A stretch of 64,000 nucleotides of DNA from Candidatus Moraniibacteriota bacterium (lineage in GTDB: Bacteria > Patescibacteriota > Minisyncoccia > Moranbacterales > UBA1568), in contig JAQTRS010000003.1 in NCBI GenBank assembly GCA_028711705.1, positions 27,818-91,817 on the forward strand, written 5' to 3'. The position numbers and the translations under genes were made by a program. The notes under the pieces are model-generated. The model saw only the letters and a list, made by a program, of their open reading frames with translations, was not told the DNA's origin and made no database searches. Below, one piece after another: positions 36,864 through 47,306 of the stretch. The stretch's first letter is position 1, and every line of letters starts with the position of its first letter.

Positions 36864-38999
36864 CTATGCCTTATCCGTATCGGTTTGCCTGATAGCCTTC
36901 ATGGAGAGGTTAATCCTTCCTTGGCTGTCAATTTCCTTAACCTTCACGGAAACCATATCCCCTACCGCAACCACATCCTCAACCTTATCGACGCGCTCAG
37001 TGGAGAGTTCCGAAATATGGATGAGACCTTCCTGATTAGGAAGTACTTCCGCAAATGCGCCGAAATTCATAATACGGGTAATGCGAGCGGTGAAGATTTC
37101 ACCAGCTACTACTTCTCGCGTGATGTTATTGATCCACGTCGTGGCCGCCTTGGCGCTCATTTCATCGACGGAGGTGATGAATACCGACCCATCATCCTCG
37201 ATATCGATGGAAACGCCTGTTTCATCGATAATCTGGTTGATCATCTTGCCGCCAGGTCCGATAACATCACGGATCTTGTCTGGATTGATATGGAGCGTGA
37301 TGATGCGTGGAGCATAGGCGGAAAGGTTCTGGCGCGGTTCCGGAATCGTGGCGAGCATCGTATCGAGGATTTCTTTGCGATTGCCATGGGATTGTATAAG
37401 GACCGCCTCAAGCATCTCAAGTGTGACGCCGTCCACTTTCACATCCATCTGCATGGCGGTAATGCCTTTGGTGGTACCGGCGGCTTTGAAGTCCATGTCC
37501 CCATAGTGATCCTCAAGGCCTTGAATATCGGTGAGTACTTTGAAATTCTTATCGTCTCCGACAATGATTCCCATGGCGATACCGCTCACAGGAGCCTTGA
37601 TCGGCACACCGGCGTCCATAAGCGATAGGGTTGAGCCGCATGTTGATGCCATAGAAGATGATCCGTTCGAGGCAAGCACTTCTGAGACGAGCAAAACAGT
37701 GTATGGAAAAGTTTCTTTGCTCGGAAGTACCGGTATAAGTGCCTTTTCCGCGAGAGCTCCGTGACCGATTTCACGACGTCCCGGTCCTCGCATCGGGCGC
37801 ACCTCGCCTACCGAGTATGGCGGGAAATTATAATGGTGAATATAACGCTTCTTTGCGTCGGTTTCCATGGTGTCGATGGTTTGTTCGTCGCCAGGAGCAC
37901 CGAGTGTCGTGACAGTAAGGGCCTGCGTTTCACCACGGGTAAAGAGTCCTGTGCCATGTGTGCGCGGCAAAATACCTACGCAACAATGAATGGGGCGGAT
38001 TTCAGTAAGCTTCCTTCCATCCGGACGTATTTCGTTTTCCAGTACGTTCTTGTGCACGATCTCATCGGAAACCTCATCGAAAACCTGTCTGGCGACATCT
38101 TGGAGTTTATTGATATCCTCAGTGTAGTTTTCGCTTATATATGTGGCTACGGCGGACTGAATTTCATCGGTGCGAGTATAGACAGCTTTTTTATCCTTCA
38201 AATAAAGTGCTTCCCCAAGATTTTTGGCATGCAAAAGTTCCCGTACCTTGGCTTCGAATTCAGCAGGCCCCTGAAGGAGTGCCGGAAGAGCCTTTCCCTT
38301 ACCCGCTTCCTGGCGGATAGATTCGATAAAAGCGGCGATTTTCTGGAGCGCTTCAAATCCGAAAGCAAAAGCTTTGGCTATAGTTTCTTCGGGAACCTCG
38401 TTTGCTCCCACTTCCAACATATTGATTTTCGTCTGTGTTCCGGAAATCAAGAGATCAAGAGCGCTTTCTTTACGTTCCGCATTGACCGGATTGAGTACGA
38501 ATTGATCATTGATGAGGCCGACACGAACCGCTCCGATAGGGCCATTCCATGGGATATCCGAAAGAGAGAGTGCAGCAGATGCTGCGATCATCGCCACGAT
38601 GTCCGACGAATTTTCACTATCGAATGAGAGGGTGGTGACAATAACCTGCACCTCATTGCGCATCCTCGGATTAAAAAGAGGTCTGATGGTGCGGTCAACG
38701 GCGCGCCCAGCAAGCACTGATTCTTCAGAAGGGCGCCCCTCCCGCTTGACGAATCGAGAACCTTTGATTTTTCCTGCGGCATATTGACGTTCCTCAAAAT
38801 CCACCATGAGCGGGAAATACCCGTTGATTTTTGAGGCGCCCTTGCTCATAACGGCCGTAGCGAGGACGACGGTATCACCGTAACGGACGGTAACGGCGCC
38901 ATTGGCCTGATGTGCCAATAACCCGGTCGAGATAACCAATTCGCGCCCACCGATTTGGAGGGACCATTGTTTCTCTTGCATATGTGATTTTCGCATCAT
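36864..38999 (-). CDS. pnp: polynucleotide phosphorylase
   Basis: 711 aa. N-terminus is WSLQIGGRELVISTGLLAHQANGAVTVRYGDT. PH, KH and S1 regions are all present. Confidence 0.9.
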   Translation of the reverse strand: MMRKSHMQEKQWSLQIGGRELVISTGLLAHQANGAVTVRYGDTVVLATAVMSKGASKINGYFPLMVDFEERQYAAGKIKGSRFVKREGRPSEESVLAGRAVDRTIRPLFNPRMRNEVQVIVTTLSFDSENSSDIVAMIAASAALSLSDIPWNGPIGAVRVGLINDQFVLNPVNAERKESALDLLISGTQTKINMLEVGANEVPEETIAKAFAFGFEALQKIAAFIESIRQEAGKGKALPALLQGPAEFEAKVRELLHAKNLGEALYLKDKKAVYTRTDEIQSAVATYISENYTEDINKLQDVARQVFDEVSDEIVHKNVLENEIRPDGRKLTEIRPIHCCVGILPRTHGTGLFTRGETQALTVTTLGAPGDEQTIDTMETDAKKRYIHHYNFPPYSVGEVRPMRGPGRREIGHGALAEKALIPVLPSKETFPYTVLLVSEVLASNGSSSMASTCGSTLSLMDAGVPIKAPVSGIAMGIIVGDDKNFKVLTDIQGLEDHYGDMDFKAAGTTKGITAMQMDVKVDGVTLEMLEAVLIQSHGNRKEILDTMLATIPEPRQNLSAYAPRIITLHINPDKIRDVIGPGGKMINQIIDETGVSIDIEDDGSVFITSVDEMSAKAATTWINNITREVVAGEIFTARITRIMNFGAFAEVLPNQEGLIHISELSTERVDKVEDVVAVGDMVSVKVKEIDSQGRINLSMKAIRQTDTDKA

Positions 39000-39133
39000 T
39001 ATCCCCTGACCCCAACACGATACTGGATTGAATGTTTTTCAATACACTATAGTGCTTCAGTCTTTGAAATAATGACGTATTTATATATTAAACCCCTCTT
39101 ATTTTGAAGCATTTTTTGAATTTTGTCAAAAAT

Positions 39134-39169
39134 AAAAGAAACCACTCTCCAAGGGAGTGGTTTCTTTTG
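39134..39169. terminator. rho-independent terminator (AGAAACCACTC / GAGTGGTTTCT)
   Basis: Read directly. Downstream of the NYN gene on the minus strand. Confidence 0.6.
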
Positions 39170-39182
39170 ATCGCCCGTTGTT

Positions 39183-39680
39183 TTAGATGAGGAATTTCTT
39201 CTTATCAGAGGAGAGATTAAGGAAATCATCTACCTTTTCTATGAGTTTCGAGCTGGTTGATTCCTGAAACGCGATGAGCTCTACCCGGCATCCGGTAGTA
39301 TTTTGGATGTACTCGACGAGCGGGATGTAATCTCCATCGCCAGAGACCAGGATAACAGCATCAAGACTCTGCGACATCTTGATGGCATCGATAGCGAGTC
39401 CAACATCCCAATCACCTTTTTTTGCACCATCCGGGAATATCTGCAAATCCTTTGTTTTGACTTCGAATCCGGATTTTTCCAGCGCGTCGAAAAATTTTTC
39501 TTCCATGCCGTCAACTGTGCTTATACCATATGCTATTGCGCGGATAAGCTTTCTATCCACAGCTCCCGCGAGGAGGATATTTTTAAAATTAGCTTTCTTT
39601 CCGTATAAAACCCGTGCGCTATAGTAGATGTTTTGAATATCTACCAACATACCGACGCGCTGCTCTTTGAATTTCGCCAT
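39183..39680 (-). CDS. NYN/LabA-like (PIN-like) domain protein, putative ribonuclease
   Basis: Residues GMLVDIQNIYY...AVDRKLIRAIAYG...AVILVSGDGDYIPLV match the NYN (DUF88) pattern. Confidence 0.7.
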   Translation of the reverse strand: MAKFKEQRVGMLVDIQNIYYSARVLYGKKANFKNILLAGAVDRKLIRAIAYGISTVDGMEEKFFDALEKSGFEVKTKDLQIFPDGAKKGDWDVGLAIDAIKMSQSLDAVILVSGDGDYIPLVEYIQNTTGCRVELIAFQESTSSKLIEKVDDFLNLSSDKKKFLI

Positions 39681-39720
39681 AAACGTTGCAATAGTATTTA
39701 CCCTTTATATAGGCACAAGA

Positions 39721-39760
39721 AACCAAAAATGCAGGTTGAAGCACCTGCATTTTTGGTTTA
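39721..39760 (-). terminator. rpsO terminator: 17-bp stem AAACCAAAAATGCAGGT / ACCTGCATTTTTGGTTT
   Basis: Read directly, immediately 3' of rpsO. Confidence 0.65.
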
Positions 39761-40024
39761 TTTCAAGTTGAGCTTCTTAGCTAAAGTCTGCTGCGCACCC
39801 TCATCGGTCTTCTTGAGGTATGACATAAGCTTGCGCCTTTTCGCCACCATCTTCAGTAATCCGCGGCGTGAGTGAAAATCCTTATTATTTTTTTTCAAGT
39901 GAGTGGTAAGTTTTTTGATTCTTTCTGTAAAAAGAGCGATCTGGTATTCCGGGGATCCGGTATCTTTATCATGCCTCTTGATGCTTTTTGTCACCTTTTC
40001 CTTCTGTTGATGCGTGAGCGCCAT
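39758..40024 (-). CDS. rpsO: 30S ribosomal protein S15
   Basis: 88 aa. MALTHQQKEKV...HDKDTGSPEYQIALFTERI...HSRRGLLKMV is classic S15. Confidence 0.9.
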   Translation of the reverse strand: MALTHQQKEKVTKSIKRHDKDTGSPEYQIALFTERIKKLTTHLKKNNKDFHSRRGLLKMVAKRRKLMSYLKKTDEGAQQTLAKKLNLK

Positions 40025-40198
40025 AGCGATATATCAGCAGCATGCTCGTTTTGGTACACCAAAACCAATATGCGCTTCTTTCTTATAAATTAGTGCTATA
40101 CTATAATAGAATAACAGAGAATTTTTCTTTTGGCAAATTTTTCTCATCGATAAACCTTTTATTTTGTGTAAAGGATGTTTTTATTGACATTTTTCCAA

Positions 40199-40636
40199 TC
40201 ATTTTTTATTTGAAGCTAGGCATTTTTCCAAAAGCATGGAGAGCTGCAAAGACTCATTTGTATGCAGATGACCGCATATTTCCTTGCTGAGGGTAAGATT
40301 GGTGGACTCGAATATCTTTTGCAGCATCGATCCTTTCGCAGTCAGAAAAATGCGGCGAACCCTTTTGTCTCGGGCATCATTGACGAGCTTGATATACCCG
40401 CGTTGATGTAATTCCCGTACGTATATACCGATAGTTTGCTTGGTCATTTTTGTGGCGCGCGCAAGTTCTGATGCGCTTTGTCCATCGTTCTCAAAAAGGG
40501 GAAAAAATACAGCACAGAACGATGGCTTCAAATTATAGTAGCCCTTGGAGCGTAAGATATCCATAAACCGCTGATTCCAGACGCGAGTTACCTGAGATAA
40601 GGCATACCCAAGGCTTTTTTGGTATTTTTGTTTCAT
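40199..40636 (-). CDS. MarR-family transcriptional regulator
   Basis: 145 aa. Winged-helix core is ASELARATKMTKQTIGIYVRELHQRGYIKLVNDARDKRVRRIFLTAKG. Confidence 0.8.
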   Translation of the reverse strand: MKQKYQKSLGYALSQVTRVWNQRFMDILRSKGYYNLKPSFCAVFFPLFENDGQSASELARATKMTKQTIGIYVRELHQRGYIKLVNDARDKRVRRIFLTAKGSMLQKIFESTNLTLSKEICGHLHTNESLQLSMLLEKCLASNKK

Positions 40637-40754
40637 AAAATCTTGATTGATCCCGGAGGATATTTTGGTCAGATAATCATACCGAAAGAGTGAAACGAAC
40701 GAGTATTTTTGAGTATCGGTGGTTGGATTACTGTTTGAGAAAGTCGTTTGTTGG

Positions 40755-40831
40755 TGGTGGACCTGAGGAGATTCGAACTCCTGACCTCTTCCATGCCATG
40801 GAAGCGCTCTACCAGGCTAAGCTACAGGCCC
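40755..40831 (-). tRNA. tRNA-Ala (anticodon GGC), CCA encoded
   Basis: Cloverleaf folds by hand, including G3:U70. Anticodon loop is AUGGCAU. Confidence 0.75.
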
Positions 40832-40936
40832 CCGTGTTTTTCATAAAACATTAGTATTATACCAGATTCACAGTATTCGTCAAATATCCAAAAGATAATA
40901 AACTCTGTATAATAGAGCCAAATAAACTATATATAG

Positions 40937-42445
40937 ATGAATTTTTTTAAAACCGTACTCAAAAATAGGTGTGAGGATATCGATATATGGCTTTTTCTAG
41001 GCTTTCTTTTGGTCTTACCTTTATCTGTACGGAAAGTCATTTGGTATATTCCTCTGCGCGGATCTTTCAATGAGTATGCGGATATTTCAGTATATGCTTC
41101 AGATATTTTTCTTGTAGCGGCCATCAGTACCTGGATTATAAAGGAGTACAATAATATACATATTTTGTCAATAGATAAAAAATGTTTCACATGGAACATG
41201 CTGAGTGTTATCTCCATACGATCTCTTTTACTCTTCCTCCCATTGATTTTGATTGTATGGACGTCTTTATCTCTATTTTACGCGATAGAACTGTATATAG
41301 GTGTATTTTTTGTGGTTAAGTTGTTGGAATTGTATGGAATGTATCTATTTCTTATTTTCCGACTTGTTCCATGTGGAACAAAATTCATAACAGGAAGGAT
41401 ACCTACTTTCAAGGCGACTATTTGGAGTATAATGCTGGTGGGTGTGGCAGAGTCTTTGTTGGGGATAATTCAATTTTTACGACAACGCTCACTAGGACTC
41501 TCTTTTCTTAAGGAGAGTGTTATTGATCCGTCAATGCCGGGAGTTGCTAAGATAATTGTAGATGGTAGTCAATATATACGTTCTTATGGAACGTTTCCGC
41601 ACCCTAATATATTCGCTGGATTTCTTTTGATATCCATTATCGTGAGTCATTTCTACTTGAAGCAGTTTCACGTGGAACAAAATCGAGTACGAGTAGGGAA
41701 TGTAATCGTATTACTTGTTCAATATGTCGGGATTGTCCTCACATTTTCAAAATCAGCAATTATCGGCCTTGGTCTCGCATTGATGTATGTTGGGGTTGTT
41801 TCACGTGGAACGCAATCAGATATGCAATTAATGGGAGGGAGATTTTTAGTAAGGATGAAGAATTTGTTTCACGTGAAACATCACAAGTGGATAATATTGA
41901 CAGCGGCTACGGGTGTGGGAATTATTATAGCTGGATTTCTGTTGAACATAAATGCTGATGCCTTATTTTTTCAATCCCTCAGGGAACGTGATCTATACCA
42001 AAAGATAGCCATCGATGTTATCCAGAAGTATAGTATTTTGGGGATAAGTTGTGGACAACTCGTCATATTTATGTCCCAACAGGGTATTTATCCACTACTT
42101 GAGTGGCAATTGCAACCGGTCCACAATGTTTTTCTTCTCGTCTGGGCAGAGCTCGGCGTGGGGGGTTTTTGTATATTTTTACTATGGTACCTTCTTGTGT
42201 TGGTATCGCCAGTGCGTGATGAAAAACAAAGAAGGAGGAGTAGAGACCTTTTTATGCAAGTTGTTTCACGTGGAACAGACATGTTCGCACGGATGGAGGT
42301 GTATTGGCGTGCGATAGTATGGGGGATGCTTCCGGTACTTCTTTTCGATCATTATTTATGGGATATTCAACAAGGACAACTCATGCTGTGGCTTGTGATG
42401 GGAATGTCCGTAGGGTGTATATTACATCATAAAAGTATATATTAA
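40937..42445 (+). CDS. O-antigen ligase-like (Wzy_C) polytopic membrane protein, third paralog. Carries six palindromic inserts.
   Basis: Signature QPVHNVFLLVWAELGVGGF. ~12 TM helices. The near-palindromic 14-mers fall in hydrophilic loops. Confidence 0.65.
   Translation: MNFFKTVLKNRCEDIDIWLFLGFLLVLPLSVRKVIWYIPLRGSFNEYADISVYASDIFLVAAISTWIIKEYNNIHILSIDKKCFTWNMLSVISIRSLLLFLPLILIVWTSLSLFYAIELYIGVFFVVKLLELYGMYLFLIFRLVPCGTKFITGRIPTFKATIWSIMLVGVAESLLGIIQFLRQRSLGLSFLKESVIDPSMPGVAKIIVDGSQYIRSYGTFPHPNIFAGFLLISIIVSHFYLKQFHVEQNRVRVGNVIVLLVQYVGIVLTFSKSAIIGLGLALMYVGVVSRGTQSDMQLMGGRFLVRMKNLFHVKHHKWIILTAATGVGIIIAGFLLNINADALFFQSLRERDLYQKIAIDVIQKYSILGISCGQLVIFMSQQGIYPLLEWQLQPVHNVFLLVWAELGVGGFCIFLLWYLLVLVSPVRDEKQRRRSRDLFMQVVSRGTDMFARMEVYWRAIVWGMLPVLLFDHYLWDIQQGQLMLWLVMGMSVGCILHHKSIY
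41184..41197. repeat. near-palindrome copy 1: GTTTCACATGGAAC
   Basis: Read directly. Confidence 0.7.
41367..41380. repeat. near-palindrome copy 2: GTTCCATGTGGAAC
   Basis: Read directly. Confidence 0.7.
41665..41678. repeat. near-palindrome copy 3: GTTTCACGTGGAAC
   Basis: Read directly. Confidence 0.7.
41798..41811. repeat. near-palindrome copy 4: GTTTCACGTGGAAC
   Basis: Read directly. Confidence 0.7.
41866..41879. repeat. near-palindrome copy 5: GTTTCACGTGAAAC (perfect palindrome)
   Basis: Read directly. Confidence 0.7.
42263..42276. repeat. near-palindrome copy 6: GTTTCACGTGGAAC
   Basis: Read directly. Confidence 0.7.
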
Positions 42446-42591
42446 GCAAGTACTTGTCTTTAATGTTATGATAGTTTGCGCGGTGCGAAAGTTTTCAATA
42501 ATTGAGCGTCGGTATCTGCGTATAATTTTGCTAAACTGCAAAGTAGTGGTATAGTGAAGATATACATAATATATTGCAATATTAAAGCATT

Positions 42592-43608
42592 ATGTTTCCG
42601 TTTCTTTCTCAAAAAATAAAAATAAAAAATCTTAAGATAACACTATTCGTATTCAGCAGCCTTTTTGTACTGAGCTTCGCTGTTTTTTCTTTCGCTGATA
42701 CGCAAAGTACTACCGATAAAAATATTTTCCAGGACACCGACCAGGATGGTTTGAGTAATGATGAGGAAAAACTTTACGGGACTAATCCGAATGAAGCAGA
42801 CACTGATGGGGATAGCTATACCGATGGAACGGAAATTAAAAGCGGTTATAATCCATTGAAAGCAGCTCCTGGGGATAGGGTGAGCTCACTCGCTGATCTT
42901 GAAGAGCAGGAGCAAAACATCTCGCGTGAAACGGTATCTGTGGCAAAGAAGGTGAATCTTACGGAGGAGGTTTCCAGGCAAGTGGCGATGACGATGAAAG
43001 AGAGCGTTTCAAATAAGGAGGATCTGTCTTTGGATGAATTGCGGGAAACTGTCCAAAAGACAATGGCCGACAATATCACTACAGATGCTTTGCCGGAAAT
43101 CGATACGAAGGATATAAAGATCAAAAAACAGAAATATGACAGCCTTTCAGAAGCTGATCGTGCCGAAAAGATAAAAGAAGATACGCTGGAGTATACAACA
43201 GCCTTGTCGTATATCTTCATCAACAATTCCCCTGTTTCTATACAATCAGATAGCGATGCGGAGAATTTCGCGTCCAGTATGTTGGGGAGTTCAGTGACAA
43301 TGCTTACCGGTGGGAATCCTGCGATGCTGGAAGAAATTACCAAGAAAGGCGTTATGATTACCGAGCAGCTTCAGAATGTTACCGTGCCGGAACATATGCT
43401 TGAGCTTCATATTAAAGCGCTACGCCTTGCGCAGTATGCTATGACGTTCAAGGATGGTATCCAGTCTGCTGGTAGTGCCGATCCGCTAGCGCAGATCAAT
43501 ACTCTTGCAAAAGTACAAGGCTTCATAAGTTTGTTTTCCGGATTTGCAAGTGATATGAACGCTGTGCTTGTGAAATATGATGTTCAGGTCCCTGTCGCTT
43601 CAAGTTAA
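42592..43608 (+). CDS. secreted protein with thrombospondin-type-3-like Ca-binding Asp repeats
   Basis: Signal/TM N-terminus. Repeats read DTDQDGLSNDEE...NPNEADTDGDSYTDGTE. Confidence 0.55.
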   Translation: MFPFLSQKIKIKNLKITLFVFSSLFVLSFAVFSFADTQSTTDKNIFQDTDQDGLSNDEEKLYGTNPNEADTDGDSYTDGTEIKSGYNPLKAAPGDRVSSLADLEEQEQNISRETVSVAKKVNLTEEVSRQVAMTMKESVSNKEDLSLDELRETVQKTMADNITTDALPEIDTKDIKIKKQKYDSLSEADRAEKIKEDTLEYTTALSYIFINNSPVSIQSDSDAENFASSMLGSSVTMLTGGNPAMLEEITKKGVMITEQLQNVTVPEHMLELHIKALRLAQYAMTFKDGIQSAGSADPLAQINTLAKVQGFISLFSGFASDMNAVLVKYDVQVPVASS

Positions 43609-43635
43609 GGGCCATTATTCATTTGTCTTATTGAC

Positions 43636-45024
43636 ATGCGCAATAAAAATCAAAAATCATTTCTGATGTTTGCTAAGGTGCTTATTTTTCAATTTGCCCT
43701 CGTTTTTTCTTTATTCGGATTGACACAGCGTGCTTATGCGGGTGTATGGGGCTATGATGAGGCAAATAACTGGGCGATAGAGATATATGATACGCTTTCG
43801 ATTCAGATTCAGGATGTTATTACCGGTGTTGCTAAACAGGCAGTCGGTCAGCTCATGAATACCCAGATATCTATGATGGTGGGCGGGGGTAATGGTAAAG
43901 GACCTATGTTCATCACGAATTGGCAGACGTTTCTCGTGAGTGATCCTCAGCGCCAGACGAATCTGTATATGAACGACTTTTTTTCACTGACAACGAGAGG
44001 ACGTAACTCGACGGCAAATTATCGTTCTGCGCCATCCGTCGATGCGATTGCTCAGGAGGGTATTACCAATGGTTCTCAGGTAGCGATGTACGGATCTCAT
44101 TGGGAGACTATAGACGGGAGGCAAGTGTGTGTTGGTGATGTTCCTTGTGTAGTTGCTGCCTACGATAAAAACTACTATAAGTACCAGACAGACACGGCTA
44201 TGAGCACTATTGGTTCAGGTGTGCCGAATATAGATCTTATGGATTATGTTCGTAGTCCATCTGATATATTCGATGGTGGAAGCTGGCGGGGTTTCAATGC
44301 TTTTTTCTCTAATACAGCCAATAACCCTATCGGGTATTCTATGATGGCAGGGCAAGCCTACCAAGGACAATTAGCGCAGGAGCAGCGAAAAGCCGATGTG
44401 CAGGCGATCGCTTATCAAGGATTTAAGGCTGTTACTGGACAAGGTGGTGTTGTGAAGACGCCTGGTATTACAGTTGGCCAGCTCGTGGACAAGGTGCAAG
44501 GATTTAGTTTCGATAGTATTTCAAGTGCGAAGGGGGCTGGAGCGATTGTTGGCTCGATGGCTACGATAGCTATCAATACCGTGGTTCAGACGGGTTTGAG
44601 TGCGGCCACCGAGGCGGTGCAATCGGGTCTGGATACAGCTACCGGTTCTTTGTCGAGTGCTACCGGAGGTGTGTTGAATCTTGGATTGAACGCTAACTCG
44701 CTTGCCAATGTGGACTGGAGTAGTTCTGGTACAGGGCAATCTGCTGAATTCAATAATGGTGTCAATAGTTTCAATTCAGATATTCAGAGCGGTCTTATGG
44801 GAAATAATCAGGTGTGGGGTGATATGAATTTTTCCGGTGCGAACGTGGGCAGCACAAACGCCTCGAATCAGAACAGTTATTCGCCACTTGACTCAGTCAA
44901 TTTCCAGAGTCTTCAAAACACAGGGAGTTTAGGCGCGGCGCCGAACGCATTCAATCCGGATACCACTTGGTCAGCACCTGCTTCACCGCAAACAAAAGAT
45001 CCTTTGTGGGTGGGTGGTAACTAG
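43636..45024 (+). CDS. secreted hypothetical protein with Gly/Ser/Asn-rich C-terminus
   Basis: Signal peptide ends in AYA. No recognisable domain. Confidence 0.5.
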   Translation: MRNKNQKSFLMFAKVLIFQFALVFSLFGLTQRAYAGVWGYDEANNWAIEIYDTLSIQIQDVITGVAKQAVGQLMNTQISMMVGGGNGKGPMFITNWQTFLVSDPQRQTNLYMNDFFSLTTRGRNSTANYRSAPSVDAIAQEGITNGSQVAMYGSHWETIDGRQVCVGDVPCVVAAYDKNYYKYQTDTAMSTIGSGVPNIDLMDYVRSPSDIFDGGSWRGFNAFFSNTANNPIGYSMMAGQAYQGQLAQEQRKADVQAIAYQGFKAVTGQGGVVKTPGITVGQLVDKVQGFSFDSISSAKGAGAIVGSMATIAINTVVQTGLSAATEAVQSGLDTATGSLSSATGGVLNLGLNANSLANVDWSSSGTGQSAEFNNGVNSFNSDIQSGLMGNNQVWGDMNFSGANVGSTNASNQNSYSPLDSVNFQSLQNTGSLGAAPNAFNPDTTWSAPASPQTKDPLWVGGN

Positions 45025-45045
45025 AACGGACAGATTTTAGAAGGG

Positions 45046-45084
45046 ATAATAAACCCACACGTTTTCGTGTGGGTTTATTATTTC
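45046..45084 (+). terminator. rho-independent terminator (AATAAACCCACACG / CGTGTGGGTTTATT)
   Basis: Read directly. Confidence 0.65.
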
Positions 45085-45107
45085 CGAGGGACTTACCTAT
45101 TGATGTG

Positions 45108-45181
45108 TGGGTGTATCCTGACTCGAACAGGAGACCTCTACAATGTCAATGTAGCGCTCTAACCAACTGAGCTATACACCC
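45108..45181 (-). tRNA. tRNA-Val (anticodon GAC)
   Basis: Hand-folded cloverleaf. Acceptor stem is GGGTGTA/TACACCC. Anticodon loop is UUGACAU. Confidence 0.7.
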
Positions 45182-45420
45182 AAAACATTATCAGTATACA
45201 CAAAGTCCCTATAAAAATCAAGAGCTTAAGGGATTAATCGGCATAGCCGCGCATTATCAGTCCATGTTTCCAAATCAAAAGGTGTTCAACAATTTTACTC
45301 TATAGCCTGAGAGTGCGGGATGGCTACTGTGCGAGGTTTCCGAGTGTCTTTGCGGCTATATGATGAGGATTAATAATAGGCTCATGGGCAAGGTGTATTA
45401 ACATCAGGGGATGGATATAT

Positions 45421-45456
45421 TATAAAACAGGGCGTAGAAAAGCCCTGTTTTATAAT
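45421..45456. terminator. terminator 3' of ftsH (AAAACAGGGC / GCCCTGTTTT)
   Basis: Read directly. Confidence 0.6.
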
Positions 45457-45476
45457 AGCAAGGTGTAATCGGAATG

Positions 45477-47306
45477 CTAATCCTTTTTAGTTGATATCCC
45501 GACAATTGCATTGAATTCTTCCTTTTCGAGAATTTCTTTTTCAAGAAGAGCATCCGCAATCTTTTTCAGGATGTCCTGTTTGTCCATTAAAATGCCACGT
45601 GCGCGGTCATAGGCCTCACTGACGAGTCTTGATACCTCCTGGTCGATTTCCTGGGCCGTTTTTTCGGAATAATTACGTTCTTCATGCATCTCACGTCCGA
45701 GGAATACAAGTTCTTCTTTCTTTCCGAATGTGCGTGGTCCGAGTGTGCTCATGCCGTAGCGGGTCACAATGCTGCGAGCCATCTGCGTGGCACGTTCTAG
45801 ATCATTGGATGGTCCAGTGGTGATGTCATCAAAGATAAGCTTTTCGCTGGCATACCCACCCAGGAATGTTGCCAGCTCGTCCAAGAAATACTTGTAGGAA
45901 TGCAAACTCCTGTCTTCTATCGGGACAGCAAGCGTGTATCCTCCGGCATGACCGCGAGAGATGATGGAAACTTTTTGTACCGGGTCGGCATACTCAAGAT
46001 TGGCGGCGACAAGTGCGTGCCCTCCTTCGTGGTAGGCGATAATCTCCTTTTCTTTCTGGTTGATAACCTTACTTCTTCGTTCCGGTCCGAGGATAACCTT
46101 CTCGATAGACTCAGTGAGTTCCGCGATGCCGATGGTTTTTTTATTGCGACGGGCTGCTAAAATAGCAGCCTCATTGACGAGGTTGGCAAGATCGGCTCCT
46201 GAAAATCCAGGTGTGCGCTCAGCAAGCGTTCGCAAACGGACTTCCTTTTCAAGGGGCTTGTTTTTCACATGAATAGCGAGGATAGCTTCACGCTCGTTGA
46301 TGTCCGGCAAATCCATGGTGACGCGACGATCGAAACGTCCTGGGCGAAGAAGCGCCGGATCTAAGACATCTGGGCGATTGGTGGCGGCGATGACGATGAC
46401 ATTCGTATCGGTTTCGAAACCATCCATCTCAACCAAAATCTGGTTGAGCGTCTGCTCACGCTCATCATGTCCTCCGCCGAGTCCTGCGCCGCGATGACGA
46501 CCGACAGCGTCGATCTCATCGATGAATACGATAGCTGGAGCGCTTTTCATAGCCTGTTTGAAGAGATCTCGTACGCGGCTTGCACCGACACCGACAAACA
46601 TCTCGACGAATTCGGAACCGCTGATATTGAAGAAGGGAACTCCTGCTTCACCAGCGACCGCTCGTGCCATAAGTGTTTTACCGGTTCCTGGCTGTCCCAA
46701 AAGCAGGACACCTTTGGGTATTTTCGCACCCATATCCTTGAATTTTTTCGGGTGTTTGAGGAATTCGACGACTTCCTGGAGTTCTACCTTCGCTTCTTCC
46801 GCACCAGCGACATCGGAAAACTTCACCTGCTTTTTTTTGTCATGAGGATCAACCATACGGGCACGGCTCATGCCGAATGAGAGGGCCTGGGAATTGCCGC
46901 GTTGCGCCTGGCGAAGCATAAACCACAGCAAGGCTCCGATAAGGAGGAACGGCAAAAGAAAGGGAAGGATGGCGCCCGCCCAAAAAGAGGCGCTCGATTC
47001 TTCCTTAATGGTTATATTCACATCCTTGAGCTTGTCTTTGTCAACGCCGTAATTGCTTAATGTGTCCGTAAGCGATGCTTCCGATTCTTTGATAGCCTTC
47101 TCTTGTTTTTTATCTTTCAAATCGATAGAGAGCTCGTTTTGGTTGACTGTGATCTGTTCCACTTGGCCATTATTAAGCTGTTCGGCCAGCTGGCTGAGCG
47201 ATACATCAGTCGGTTTCTGTGTCGGTGATTGATAGAGGATCATCACTCCTGAAATAAGGAGAAAAAGGAGGATGATACCGCTTATATTTTTTGCGAAGGC
47301 ATTCAT
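45477..47306 (-). CDS. ftsH: ATP-dependent zinc metalloprotease FtsH
   Basis: Walker A is [19 protein letters not shown]. Zn motif is HEGGHAL. Start set at [17 protein letters not shown]. The track ORF extends to 47435 through an alternative start. Confidence 0.9.
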   Translation of the reverse strand: MNAFAKNISGIILLFLLISGVMILYQSPTQKPTDVSLSQLAEQLNNGQVEQITVNQNELSIDLKDKKQEKAIKESEASLTDTLSNYGVDKDKLKDVNITIKEESSASFWAGAILPFLLPFLLIGALLWFMLRQAQRGNSQALSFGMSRARMVDPHDKKKQVKFSDVAGAEEAKVELQEVVEFLKHPKKFKDMGAKIPKGVLLLGQPGTGKTLMARAVAGEAGVPFFNISGSEFVEMFVGVGASRVRDLFKQAMKSAPAIVFIDEIDAVGRHRGAGLGGGHDEREQTLNQILVEMDGFETDTNVIVIAATNRPDVLDPALLRPGRFDRRVTMDLPDINEREAILAIHVKNKPLEKEVRLRTLAERTPGFSGADLANLVNEAAILAARRNKKTIGIAELTESIEKVILGPERRSKVINQKEKEIIAYHEGGHALVAANLEYADPVQKVSIISRGHAGGYTLAVPIEDRSLHSYKYFLDELATFLGGYASEKLIFDDITTGPSNDLERATQMARSIVTRYGMSTLGPRTFGKKEELVFLGREMHEERNYSEKTAQEIDQEVSRLVSEAYDRARGILMDKQDILKKIADALLEKEILEKEEFNAIVGISTKKD

